DNA of 64,000 nt from Dehalococcoidia bacterium (lineage in GTDB: Bacteria > Chloroflexota > Dehalococcoidia > Bin125): the NCBI GenBank assembly GCA_963662615.2, contig CAXXSR010000001.1, positions 1,472,533 to 1,536,532 of the forward strand, written 5' to 3'. The notes under the pieces are model-generated. The model was not told the DNA's origin and made no database searches. It saw only the letters and a program-made list of their open reading frames with translations. Made by a program: the position numbers and the translations under genes. Numbering within the stretch: position 1 is the stretch's first letter; each line of letters starts with the position of its first letter. Positions 16,622-25,758 of this stretch are shown here, piece by piece.

Positions 16622-16961
16622 CGTAGAAAGCGAGAACATCGAGGAGGAAGAGGAGATCACCGTCGAGGTACGGAAGCCACTAAGCACTGTTTTTTCCGTC
16701 CGCTTCACTCCCAAAGAGCTTGCGCTGATACGCGCAGAGGCCGATCGAACCGGCATAAAGATGGGTGCCTTAATCAAGGAATCCGTTCGGCAGTACGTTG
16801 CCTCCCGTGTTGCATCTCGCCGGCTCGCCAAGCGCATGGTCGGTCTCCAACAGGGGCTCGGGTACTACGGATTTGACCCGAAGTACGAGGACACGACTGG
16901 CTACCTCTCCGACCTCGTGTTGCGCCACGAGGTACCTTGGCACGAGGCGCTAACTGCCTAG
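16614..16961 (+). CDS. BrnA/CopG-like ribbon-helix-helix antitoxin
   Basis: ATG 16614 overlaps the toxin stop by 8 nt. FSVRFTPKELALIRAEADRTGIKMGALIKESVRQYV is RHH-like. Confidence 0.55.
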   Translation: MSNVESENIEEEEEITVEVRKPLSTVFSVRFTPKELALIRAEADRTGIKMGALIKESVRQYVASRVASRRLAKRMVGLQQGLGYYGFDPKYEDTTGYLSDLVLRHEVPWHEALTA

Positions 16962-17172
16962 CAGGCCCGGATCAGTGCTCCTTTCTGGCACCCGGCTCAA
17001 TCGCCACCCCACGAAAACGTACTCCCTTCCCGATCTCGTGTGCTTTGATATTCACACGTCGCCGCGCGTGCCTCTCAAATTCCGGCGTCGAGGAGCGCCG
17101 CCGGCCTCCGCCCGGATCTTCCCCGTCCCCGAACCGAGTCGTCGAAGGCCTCTTAGCGGGGCCCCCACCCCC

Positions 17173-17780
17173 TACTCCCCCACCCCATACAGCTCCCCCG
17201 CCCCCCGATCATCGGCCGACAGCTCCGTATTGCAGTTGCACTTCGCCGGATTCATCGCCGCCTCCCCGTCGAGTGCTCAGGCACGTGCCCCACGTGCCGC
17301 CACCGACTGCACGTCCCACTCGAAACCGTGTTCATCCGCACATCCGCCTCCTCGATCCAGCGATCGTCCAGCCGCCAGAACGTCTCGCTCGTCGGGCTGC
17401 GCCGCCGGCCCCCACCCCACCGTGTTGACCCCGTCGTCGTTGTTGGCTACCCCGCTGGAGCACGTCCCCACGTACGCAAACGCGACCGCCGAATCGACCG
17501 CCGAATCGACCGCCGCAGCGACCGCGGAAGCGACCGCCTCCTCCCACTCTTGGAACGCCAACCGCACCAGCTCCACGAACCGCTCCTCGCTGACCACGGC
17601 CGCCCCCTCCGCTGTCCTGCCTATCTCGGACGTGTTCACGCAGTAGCGAACCGGCACGTCTTGCGCCCGCCAGCCCCGTGGGCTCACCGACCCGTCCCCG
17701 CCCAGCAGCCCGCCAAAGAAGGCGCCCAACAGCACGGTTGCCACCGCCACCGCCGCCAGAAAGGAAAAGAAGCGAATCAC
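17173..17780 (-). pseudogene. matrixin-like (M10) metalloprotease remnant with signal anchor
   Basis: N-terminal TM plus VPVRYCVNTS...AFQEWEE...FAYVG. GC3 bias jumps frame near 17385. The ORF ends at TGA 17277, where HExxH is expected (DVQSVAA then RGARA*). The same frame continues to TAG 17173 as ...AAMNP...LSADDRGAGELYGVG, a typical matrixin C-terminus. Confidence 0.45.
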
Positions 17781-17837
17781 GTCTCAATCCTCGTCGACCC
17801 GCGCGCCGCCTTGACGGACGCGGCCCGCCCGCGACGC

Positions 17838-18893
17838 CTACTGCCCCAGCGTCTCGTTCACCGCCGCCCGCAACTCCTCCTGCGTGATCGTCCCCTCGAA
17901 CCGCGCCGCGATCCGCCCCTCCGCGTCCACCACGAACACCCACGGCTCACTGGGAAGATGCCAGTCGCGGAACACCTGCGACTCGCGCAGCGCCTCGGGC
18001 TCCTGCGGATTCTCGAACACCTCCACGTGGATCCCATCCAACCGTCCCGCGAACTCGCGCCACACCACCTTCACGACCTCCAGCGTGGGCCCGCAGGTCC
18101 GCGAGTGACAGTACGCCGGCGTGGCGAACGCCACAATGAACGGCCGCGCCCGCTCCAGCGCCTCCCCGATGCCGACCTGGTACAGCCCCGGCTCCGGATT
18201 CCGGTCCGACGTCAGCTCGCGCACCTCCTCCACGTCCAGCAACGTGCGAGATCGCGTCGGCGGCGCGGCCTCCCCCACCCCCGGTGCCTGCGGCTGTTCG
18301 CGCACCTGCAGGCGGAAGAGGACGATGGCCGCCACTTCCTCCCCCTCCTCCCCCGCGATTGCCAGCTCCAGCCCCCACAACCCCGCACGCTCGAAGAACG
18401 CCGGCACCACGTAGACCCCGGCCCCAACGTTGCGCGCGTTGTCCGACAGGCTCGCCCCCTCCGCATGGCTGTGCGCCGACGGCAGCGGCGCCTCCTCACC
18501 GTACGCAATGAACCGTGCGAACTGCCGCCTGACGGGCCGCTCGCGGTCGCGTTCCAGGTCATACAGGCTCGCCTGCACCGACAGGTCGCCCCGAATGACC
18601 CCCCTCGCGTCCTGCACCGTAAAGCTGAGCCGATTCGCCCCCACCGCCACATCCTGGTTCGCCAGCGTCGGCCGATAGGGAGCGTTCGCATCGACCGCCG
18701 CCACCGCCCAGCGATCTGCCGGCGTCACCGCGCCCGGCGCCACCCCGCTGGACGGGCTATCGTCGTTGAGCAGCAAAAAAGCGCCGAGCGTGGCGCCAAC
18801 CGTCACCGCCACGGCCACGATCCCCGCCACCGCGACCGATCGCGAAACCTGCCGCCGGATCGAAAACCCCCCGTAGCGCATATTGGACGCCAC
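17838..18893 (-). CDS. membrane-anchored thioredoxin-fold (TlpA/redoxin-like) protein
   Basis: 351 aa with an N-terminal TM. The C-terminal domain carries FATPAYCHSRTCGP and a thioredoxin-like end (VFVVDAEGRIAARFEG). Confidence 0.6.
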   Translation of the reverse strand: MASNMRYGGFSIRRQVSRSVAVAGIVAVAVTVGATLGAFLLLNDDSPSSGVAPGAVTPADRWAVAAVDANAPYRPTLANQDVAVGANRLSFTVQDARGVIRGDLSVQASLYDLERDRERPVRRQFARFIAYGEEAPLPSAHSHAEGASLSDNARNVGAGVYVVPAFFERAGLWGLELAIAGEEGEEVAAIVLFRLQVREQPQAPGVGEAAPPTRSRTLLDVEEVRELTSDRNPEPGLYQVGIGEALERARPFIVAFATPAYCHSRTCGPTLEVVKVVWREFAGRLDGIHVEVFENPQEPEALRESQVFRDWHLPSEPWVFVVDAEGRIAARFEGTITQEELRAAVNETLGQ

Positions 18894-18943
18894 CCCGGCT
18901 CACGCCGGTTCCGAGGATCGGCATCGCGAGCGTACCGGCCCCG

Positions 18944-18994
18944 CAGTGTTTGCGGCACCACAGCGTTTGCGGCACCACAGCGTTCGCGGCATCG
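18944..18994. repeat. three tandem 17-bp repeats in a divergent intergenic region
   Basis: CAGTGTTTGCGGCACCA / CAGCGTTTGCGGCACCA / CAGCGTTCGCGGCATCG, between the starts at 18893 (-) and 19089 (+). Confidence 0.85.
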
Positions 18995-19088
18995 CTGCAT
19001 CTCCCCATCGGCCCGGAACATTCGTTGCCCCGCACCGTCTAGCTAGACTGACAGCCACAGCCCGGCCTCGCACCCTTGGGAGCGCTTC

Positions 19089-20727
19089 ATGCTGAGCCCC
19101 CACTGCCCGGGGAGAACCGCGGTTCTCTCGCTCGCGGTCCTCGTCGCAGCCGCCTGCGGCGGGTCGTCGGATCCGGACACGTCAAGCGATGCTCCATCTC
19201 CCAGCCCTCCCGCGGCTGGCTCCGCGGCGGAAGCGGTACGCACCCTCGACGTGCTGGAAGAAACCCCTGCCGCGCCCAGTGACGAGCCGATCGCTCGTCG
19301 CCCCGGTTCAGGCGTCGGAGCCCGTGCCGGCACGAGCTCCGCCTCTGACCCAGCCGCCTCCAAGGCCGGAACCGGCCCCGACGCCCGACGCTGAGAGGCC
19401 CGATTCACCAATCGTCGCGAGTCCAGATACCGCTGATCCGGAAACCCTCGTCGCGCCGGGCTACGTGTTGGACGAAGTCATCGTTCTAGCACTCGATGCC
19501 GTCGATCCGCCCGAGATCCTGGTAATCAGCCATACTGCGCGGGCGGTCCTGGAAAGCGGCGATCCGTCGGCGGCTCCCGTGCCCAAGCGTGAAGACTGCA
19601 CCCGAGATCCCCAATTGGAGTTCCATCCGTCGGCGTGCCACTACCGCGCCGAAATCTTCGCCTGGGATTCGCGCGGGGCGGGAGGCAGCGCCTGGCTCTG
19701 GGACACCTTCCAGGGCGGTGTCCAATCTGGCATCAATGCGCTCACCTTCCGCTTCGATAGCGCCGGCCGCGAGGCGGCGATCATCACTGCCCACACGTGC
19801 ACGGGGGTCGGGTCCGGTTGTGGCGACAGCCGTGCAGTTCTGACGATGATCGACGGCGTCGTGAAGAGCGTTTACGGATCGTGGAAGGGCAGCTTACAAG
19901 TCGGACCGACAACTGCCAGAATTTCTGTTCCACGGTGGTTCGGACCCGACCCCTTCTGCTGCAACAGTGGATTCAACATCGACATACTCGGATTGGATCC
20001 CACGACGGGTGTGCTGGGGGTGATCGCGTCCGATCTGAGCGTCTGCACGCAAGGCAGAGTTCATTTCCCTGAATTTCCGCCAGACGTGATCTCGGTAGGC
20101 TGCACCCAGTACCGCACGACGACGGATACGGAGGTCGTGCCTGCAACCGTTGGGGGCCTCGGCCGACTTGAAGACGGCGAATTCGTCAGGGTGGAGTTTA
20201 CGATCGAAGAATGCCCGGACCTGGATCCGCTGTGCATGTGGCCGACTGCCGTCGTCGCAACGAGGATTACGGTGGGAGCGCCGACCTTCCGCGCCCTCTC
20301 GGACGTCGAGATCGACCTCCACGTCCGTCCCTTCTTGCGGGACGGGGACCAGATCGCCCACGCCGTCTTCGAGGGCCCCTTCGGGCTACTGCCCGACACC
20401 GTCCTCGCCATTCTCGACCGCGGTGTCGATGGCTACGCGGCGGTGGTGGTCAGCGACGGTCGCGCGGTGCGTCTCGATCGCCTAAGGCCCGCCTGGGCGG
20501 CCTGGGACATTCCCGCCATCCTCTTCGAGGACGTCGATGGCGACGGCACTCTCGAAGCGATCATCCTGGCCCAATACATCACGGGCGCGGGCCCCACGGG
20601 CGCCGTTCCCTTCTTCGCCAACTCCGTACTGGAGTGGACGGGCGCAGCGTTGGTCACCCTTCCGGACGTGGAGGAGCGGATCCTGCAGGCGGAAACGTCG
20701 GCGCAAGCGCGGGCCCTCCTGCCCTAG
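19089..20727 (+). CDS. Cys-rich secreted lipoprotein; signal peptide and mature body lie in different frames
   Basis: ORF 19089..19394 starts with a lipobox (LAVLVAAACGG). The body (ORF 19189..20727, ending with FG-GAP-like FEDVDGDGTLE) is in the +1 frame. The junction lies in a Pro-rich linker near a CCCC run at about 19299. Confidence 0.5.
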
Positions 20728-20859
20728 CTGCGGTGGCGCCTCATGGCTCCGCGGGAGGAGACGCTACACCTTCCTGCCGTGTGCCTCGACAGTCCCGCGG
20801 CATCGCTGCGGGCGGCGCCCGCCCATTCAGTCGTCGCAGAGGAGCAGCCGGCGACGCCC

Positions 20860-22140
20860 CTACACGAAGCCGCGAATCTCAATCGCCTCCGCCACCCGCT
20901 CACCGCCAATCATGAACGCCGCCGTCCGCAGCGAGGCGTCCTCCACCTCGGCGCGCTGCCGGACGCCCTGGAAGGCGTCGCAGAGCATGGTTTCCAGTTC
21001 CCGGTTCACGTGCTCTTCGCTCCAGCGATACTGCTGAATGTTCTGCGCCCACTCGAAGTACGACACCAGCACCCCGCCGGCGTTGGCGATGATGTCCGGC
21101 ACAATCGTCACCCCGCCCTCCCGCAAATGGTGGTCCGCATAGGGCGTCACGGGACCGTTCGCCCCCTCCACGATCACGCGCGCCTGGACCCGCGCCCAGT
21201 TGTCGGCGTGGATCACCCCGCCCACCGCGGCCGGCACCAGGACGTCACACTCGCTGGTGAACACCTCGTCTCGCTCCCGCTCCCAGGTCCCCGCCATCCC
21301 CACGACGCTGCCCGTCGCCGCGACGTGCTCCTGCAGCAACCCCGGGTCGATCCCGTCTGGACGCACCACGCAGCCGCCCACGTCGGCCACCGCCACGATC
21401 TTGCAGCCCATCTCATGGAGGAATTGCGCCGCAAAGCGGCCCACGTTGCCGTAGCCGTGGATCGCCACACGCGTCTGCTCGGCGCTCATCCCCAGCGAGG
21501 CCAGCGTATCCCTCGTCACCAGGGCCACCCCGCGGCCGGTGGCCTCCCGACGCCCCGCCGAGCCGCCCAGCGAGATCGGCTTCCCCGTCACAATGCCGGG
21601 CGTGTAGCCGTGGGCCGAGCCGTAGGCGTCCATCATCCAGGCCATGGTCTGCTTGTCGGTCCCCATGTCGGGAGCCGCAATGTCTCGCTGCACCCCCAGC
21701 AGGTGCGAGATGTTCACCATGTAGGTCCGGGTCAGGCGCCGATTCTCTTCCTTCGACAGCGCCGTGGGGTCACATTGGACCCCGCCCTTCGCCCCTCCGA
21801 ACGGGATGTTGACAATGGCCGTCTTCCAGGTCATCAGCGCCGCCAGCGCACGCACCTCATCCAGGTCCACCTCGGGGTGAAAGCGGACCCCGCCCTTGTA
21901 AGGACCCCGCGCCGCGCTGTGCTGCACCCGGAAGCCGCTGAACACCGCCAGCCGCCCGTCGTCCATCCGCACCGGCACTTCCACATGAAGCTCCCGGTAC
22001 GGCCGGCGCAGCAACTCCACGATCTCCGGATCGATGCCGACTCGTTCGGCCGCCGTCTCAAAGAAAAAGTTGGCCGCCTCCCAATGCGACATCTGCCGCG
22101 GCGGCTCCGCCCGCTCGCTTCGGCCCGACTCTGCGCTCAT
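20860..22140 (-). CDS. gdhA: glutamate dehydrogenase
   Basis: KGGVRFHP...TWKTAIVNIPFGGAKGGVQCDP and a GYGNVG nucleotide-binding motif. I prefer ATG 22140 (GGAAGGG upstream); the maximal ORF starts at 22209. Confidence 0.9.
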   Translation of the reverse strand: MSAESGRSERAEPPRQMSHWEAANFFFETAAERVGIDPEIVELLRRPYRELHVEVPVRMDDGRLAVFSGFRVQHSAARGPYKGGVRFHPEVDLDEVRALAALMTWKTAIVNIPFGGAKGGVQCDPTALSKEENRRLTRTYMVNISHLLGVQRDIAAPDMGTDKQTMAWMMDAYGSAHGYTPGIVTGKPISLGGSAGRREATGRGVALVTRDTLASLGMSAEQTRVAIHGYGNVGRFAAQFLHEMGCKIVAVADVGGCVVRPDGIDPGLLQEHVAATGSVVGMAGTWERERDEVFTSECDVLVPAAVGGVIHADNWARVQARVIVEGANGPVTPYADHHLREGGVTIVPDIIANAGGVLVSYFEWAQNIQQYRWSEEHVNRELETMLCDAFQGVRQRAEVEDASLRTAAFMIGGERVAEAIEIRGFV

Positions 22141-22270
22141 CCCTTCCGGCTCCGGCGGGATTCGCTGTGCTCCGGCCTCTGCCACCACGCTCCACCTCCC
22201 GGATCGCAAGCACCGCCGTCCCTCGACAGCCGCAGCCCCATCATCGCCGCCCCCACGTGCATCGCATATC

Positions 22271-22650
22271 GGGGTTCCTCCTCATGGCGCCACGACCCCC
22301 CGTCGCGGCATCCCCAGCCCCGCGGCACGTCCCGGCCCGTGCGCGCTGCACAAAAAGGGAATCCTCCTCATGGCGCCACGACCCCCCGTCGCGGCATCCC
22401 CAGCCCCGCGCCACCTCCCGGCCCGTGCGCGCAGCACAAAAAGGGGTTCCCCCTCGTGGCGCCACGACCGCGCGTCGCGGCATCCCCGGCCGCGCGCCAC
22501 CTCCCGGCCCGTGCGCGCTGCATAAAAAGGGGTTCCCCCTCGTGGCGCCACGACCGCGCGTCGCGGCATCCCCGGCCGCGCGCCACCTCCTGGGGCCGCC
22601 TGCCGGAGGCGAAACGGATTCCCTCTCGCGGCATCCCATCGCCATCCCAG
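22271..22650. repeat. tandem array, ~4.3 x 86 bp, upstream of gdh
   Basis: Units start at 22271, 22357, 22443 and 22529, followed by a partial unit. Each has GTGGCGCC...GCGCCAC-type inverted repeats and ends in CACAAAAAGGG. Three to four 12-mers (GGCAGCGAGGCT) follow at 22654-22700. Confidence 0.9.
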
Positions 22651-22829
22651 CGACGCTGGCAGCGAGGCTGACAGCGAGGTTGGCAGCGAGGCTGGCATCG
22701 ATGCCGCGGCCCTCTCGCTGACGGTTATCCCCGCCACCGGCGCCGGAGGAGGGCGTCGGTCCTTGTCCGAAGGCCCCTCGATCGTATATCATTATATCGC
22801 GCCTAGTCTGGCTGCGGCGTCGAATCTGC

Positions 22830-22858
22830 TTGACGCACCGCCGCGAGCAGGATTCAAT
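22830..22858 (+). promoter_or_regulatory. candidate sigma-70-type promoter for the small ORF at 22922
   Basis: TTGACG, 17 nt, TTCAAT. Pattern match only. Confidence 0.35.
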
Positions 22859-22921
22859 GCGGCGTAGAAGTCATTGTGTAAGCGCCTAGGCACGTACGCA
22901 ATAGAGAGCGCAGGGGGCCAA

Positions 22922-23137
22922 ATGACGTACACCATTTCCAACTCGCGCGGCCAAACGTACTACCTCCATGGCAAGAACGTAATCCTCAAGAACGGCCGCG
23001 AACAGCGTATCTACTTCTTCGCCAAAACCGTCAAAGACGACGCCCTGGACGCCCTCCCAGATGGCTATATGGTCTCTGAGAACAGTCAGACCGGACTCCC
23101 GGTGCTCAAAAAGATCAGAACGCCCGCCTCCGCCTGA
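22922..23137 (+). CDS. small conserved hypothetical protein (71 aa)
   Basis: AGGGGG RBS. MTYTISNSRGQTYYLHGKNVILKNGREQRIYFFAKTVKDDALDALPDGYMVSENSQTGLPVLKK. Lower GC than its surroundings. Confidence 0.55.
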   Translation: MTYTISNSRGQTYYLHGKNVILKNGREQRIYFFAKTVKDDALDALPDGYMVSENSQTGLPVLKKIRTPASA

Positions 23138-23205
23138 CACCTCGTTCCCGCGCGCGCTCGCCGGCTCTCCTCTCCTGAGCCCCCGTCAGTTCGCCGCCAC
23201 CCCAC

Positions 23206-24045
23206 CTACGCGCCCCGGCTGTCGCGCTCCCCACCCCCTCCGGCGAGGACGAGGAGCGAGGCCGAATGGACCTCCGGGTCCCCGGCCGCGACCACCCGGC
23301 CGTCCGATTCCAGGCCCAGGGGGCGTCCGCCCCAATCCGTGATCACGCCGCCCGCCCCCTCCACCACGGGGACCAGCGCGCAGAAGTCGTGCGCGGCCAG
23401 CGACGCTTCCACCACCAAGTCCACCAAGCCTGATGCCAGCAGCCCGTAGGCATAGCAGTCCAGCCCGTAGCGATTGAACGCCACCCGCTGCCGCAACGCC
23501 TCGAAGGCCGCAGCGTCCTCATCCTCAAACATCTGCGGGGTCGTGGCGTACAGCGCCGCCTGCGACAGCGACGGACAGGCCCGCACTCGCGCCGGCTCCG
23601 CCGTGGCCCCCGATGGCAGCGCCACAGCGCTCCGAAACGTCGTGCCCGCGCCCACCACACCCGTCCACCGCTCGCCACTCACCACCTGGTCCACCACCCC
23701 CACCACCGGCCGCCCCCGGTGGAGCAGCGCCACCAGTGTCCCGAACGTGGGCTGGCCCGAGATGAACGCTCCCGTCCCGTCAATGGGGTCCAGGACCCAG
23801 ACGTACTCCGCCTCTACCCGCTCGCTCCCCCACTCCTCGCCCACCACCCCGTGCCTGGGATGCCGGACGCGCAGCAGCTCCCGCATCGCCGCCTCGGCCT
23901 CACGGTCGACGGCGGTCACGGCGCTTCCGTCCCGCTTCCGATCGACTTCCACCCCTTGGCGGAAGGACGGGCCGATCACCGCTCCAGCCCTGTCCGCAAG
24001 TTCGTGCGCCAGTGGACAAAACGAGCTGTAGTCCGGTGCGCTCAT
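23206..24045 (-). CDS. inositol monophosphatase family protein (IMPase/HisN-like)
   Basis: VTAVDREAE...[14 protein letters not shown]...[20 protein letters not shown]. Divergent from ino1. Confidence 0.8.
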   Translation of the reverse strand: MSAPDYSSFCPLAHELADRAGAVIGPSFRQGVEVDRKRDGSAVTAVDREAEAAMRELLRVRHPRHGVVGEEWGSERVEAEYVWVLDPIDGTGAFISGQPTFGTLVALLHRGRPVVGVVDQVVSGERWTGVVGAGTTFRSAVALPSGATAEPARVRACPSLSQAALYATTPQMFEDEDAAAFEALRQRVAFNRYGLDCYAYGLLASGLVDLVVEASLAAHDFCALVPVVEGAGGVITDWGGRPLGLESDGRVVAAGDPEVHSASLLVLAGGGGERDSRGA

Positions 24046-24145
24046 CGCTCCGCATTCTCCTTCGCCGCCTCTCGCGGAGCCACCGGCGGCGACGAGCCGC
24101 GCCCCGCCACTCCATAACAGCTAGTCGCCTCCATAACAGCCATTC

Positions 24146-24174
24146 AGACTGTCAATTGTCGCCAAGGAAACCAG
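24146..24174 (+). promoter_or_regulatory. candidate promoter for ino1
   Basis: TTGTCG, 17 nt, TATATT. It is preceded by two copies of CTCCATAACAGC (24100-24111 and 24119-24130). Confidence 0.35.
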
Positions 24175-24281
24175 CCCGTATATTGACTACTCGCTTCTCC
24201 CGCCGGCTTCCACTTGGGCACGGCAGCGGCAGCGCCACTACGGCCCTGCGGGAGCCACGACGGAAAGAGGTCCGGCCGACC

Positions 24282-25370
24282 ATGGGCAAGATCAACGTGG
24301 CGATCATTGGGGTGGGCAACTGCGCCTCCTCCCTCGTCCAGGGCGTCCAGCTCTACCGGGACGCTCAAGAGGGCGTGGAGATCCCCGGCATCATGCACGT
24401 CACCCTGGGCGACTACCACATCTCCGACATCAACTTTGTCGCCGCCTTCGACATCGACGTGAACAAGGTCGGCAAGGACGTCTCGGAAGCCATCTTGGTC
24501 GCCCCCAACAACACCTTCAAGTTCACCGACGTCCCTCACCTCGGCGTCCCCGTCGAGCGCGGTATGACCCATGACGGCTTGGGCAAATACCTCAGCGAAA
24601 TCATCACCAGGGCCCCGGGGCCCACCGCCGACATCGTCGGCATCCTCAAGGAGCGCGACGTCGACGTCGTCATCAACTACCTGCCCGTCGGCAGTGAAGA
24701 GGCCACCAAGTGGTACGTGGAGCAGGTCTTGGAGGCCGGCTGCGCCCTCATCAACTGCATCCCCGTCTTCATCGCCCGCGAGGAGTATTGGGGCAACCGC
24801 TTTCGGCGCGCCAATCTGCCCATCGTCGGCGACGACATCAAGAGCCAGGTCGGCGCCACCATCGTCCATCGCGTCCTCAGCCGCCTCTTCCGCGACCGCG
24901 GCGTCCGCATCGACCGCACCTACCAACTCAACTTCGGTGGCAACACCGACTTCCTCAACATGCTCGAACGCGAGCGCCTGGTCTCCAAGAAGATCTCCAA
25001 GACCAACTCCGTCGCCTCCCAGATCGACTACGAGATGCCCCGCGACGCCATTCACATCGGCCCCAGCGACCACGTCCCCTGGCTGGATGATCGCAAGTGG
25101 TGTTACATCCGCATTGAAGGCACCACCTTCGGCAATGTCCCCCTCAACCTGGAGCTCAAGCTGGAGGTCTGGGACAGCCCCAATTCCGCCGGTGTCGTCG
25201 TGGACGCCGTCCGCTGCGCCAAGATCGGCTTGGACCGCGGCATCTCCGGGCCCCTCCTCGCCCCCTGCGCCTACTTCATGAAATCGCCGCCGGAGCAGTG
25301 GACCGACGACAAGGCCCGTGACGCCGTCGTCGCCTTCGCCGAGGGCGACACGCCCCCCCGCTCCACATGA
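24282..25370 (+). CDS. ino1: myo-inositol-1-phosphate synthase (short bacterial/archaeal type)
   Basis: [21 protein letters not shown]...[14 protein letters not shown]...[15 protein letters not shown]...GGNTDFLN. The true start lies inside ORF 24012..25370. Confidence 0.85.
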   Translation: MGKINVAIIGVGNCASSLVQGVQLYRDAQEGVEIPGIMHVTLGDYHISDINFVAAFDIDVNKVGKDVSEAILVAPNNTFKFTDVPHLGVPVERGMTHDGLGKYLSEIITRAPGPTADIVGILKERDVDVVINYLPVGSEEATKWYVEQVLEAGCALINCIPVFIAREEYWGNRFRRANLPIVGDDIKSQVGATIVHRVLSRLFRDRGVRIDRTYQLNFGGNTDFLNMLERERLVSKKISKTNSVASQIDYEMPRDAIHIGPSDHVPWLDDRKWCYIRIEGTTFGNVPLNLELKLEVWDSPNSAGVVVDAVRCAKIGLDRGISGPLLAPCAYFMKSPPEQWTDDKARDAVVAFAEGDTPPRST

Positions 25371-25572
25371 CCCCGCCTGCCCTGACCTGTCCTTCCCTCC
25401 GAAGAGTAGGAAGGAGCATGCCGAAGGAGCAATGGGAAGGGCCACCACCCCACTCATCAACCGCCGGCGCGAGCCGCCACCAGCGCCGCGCGAGCCCGCA
25501 TGACCCGCGAGCGCGCGTCAAAAAAACCGTTCGTCCTGAGCCTGTCGAAGGGCGAACCGCCAAAGGCGAACG
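25371..25572 (+). repeat. repeat mosaic (families C, D) outside the phage-like module
   Basis: CTGTCCTTCCCTCCGAAGAGTAGGAAGGAGC..., CGCGAGCGCGCGTCAAAAAAACCGTTCGTCCTGAGCCTGTCGAAGGGCGAAC. These are the same families as in 7.9-12.5 kb. Confidence 0.85.
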
Positions 25573-25758
25573 ATGAGTTTCTTCGTTTCCAGGATCCGCT
25601 GTGCAGACGGGTCGTATTACACCGGCCACTCCGACGACTTTGAGGTCCGCATCGCAGCACACCATGGCGGCGACATCCCCTACCGCGGATTCCGCGTTAT
25701 TGGATCCGACCCTCACCGGTTCGACGCCGATGGGGACGGCGTCGGTTGCGAGTCGTGA
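25573..25758 (+). pseudogene. GIY-YIG nuclease N-terminal fragment joined to an Excalibur-like tail (chimeric/remnant ORF)
   Basis: MSFFVSRIRCADGSYYTGHSDDFEVRIAAHHGG matches the start of small GIY-YIG proteins, but the rest of the domain is missing. The tail ...DPHRFDADGDGVGCES resembles the DxDxDGxxCE Excalibur motif. Confidence 0.4.
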
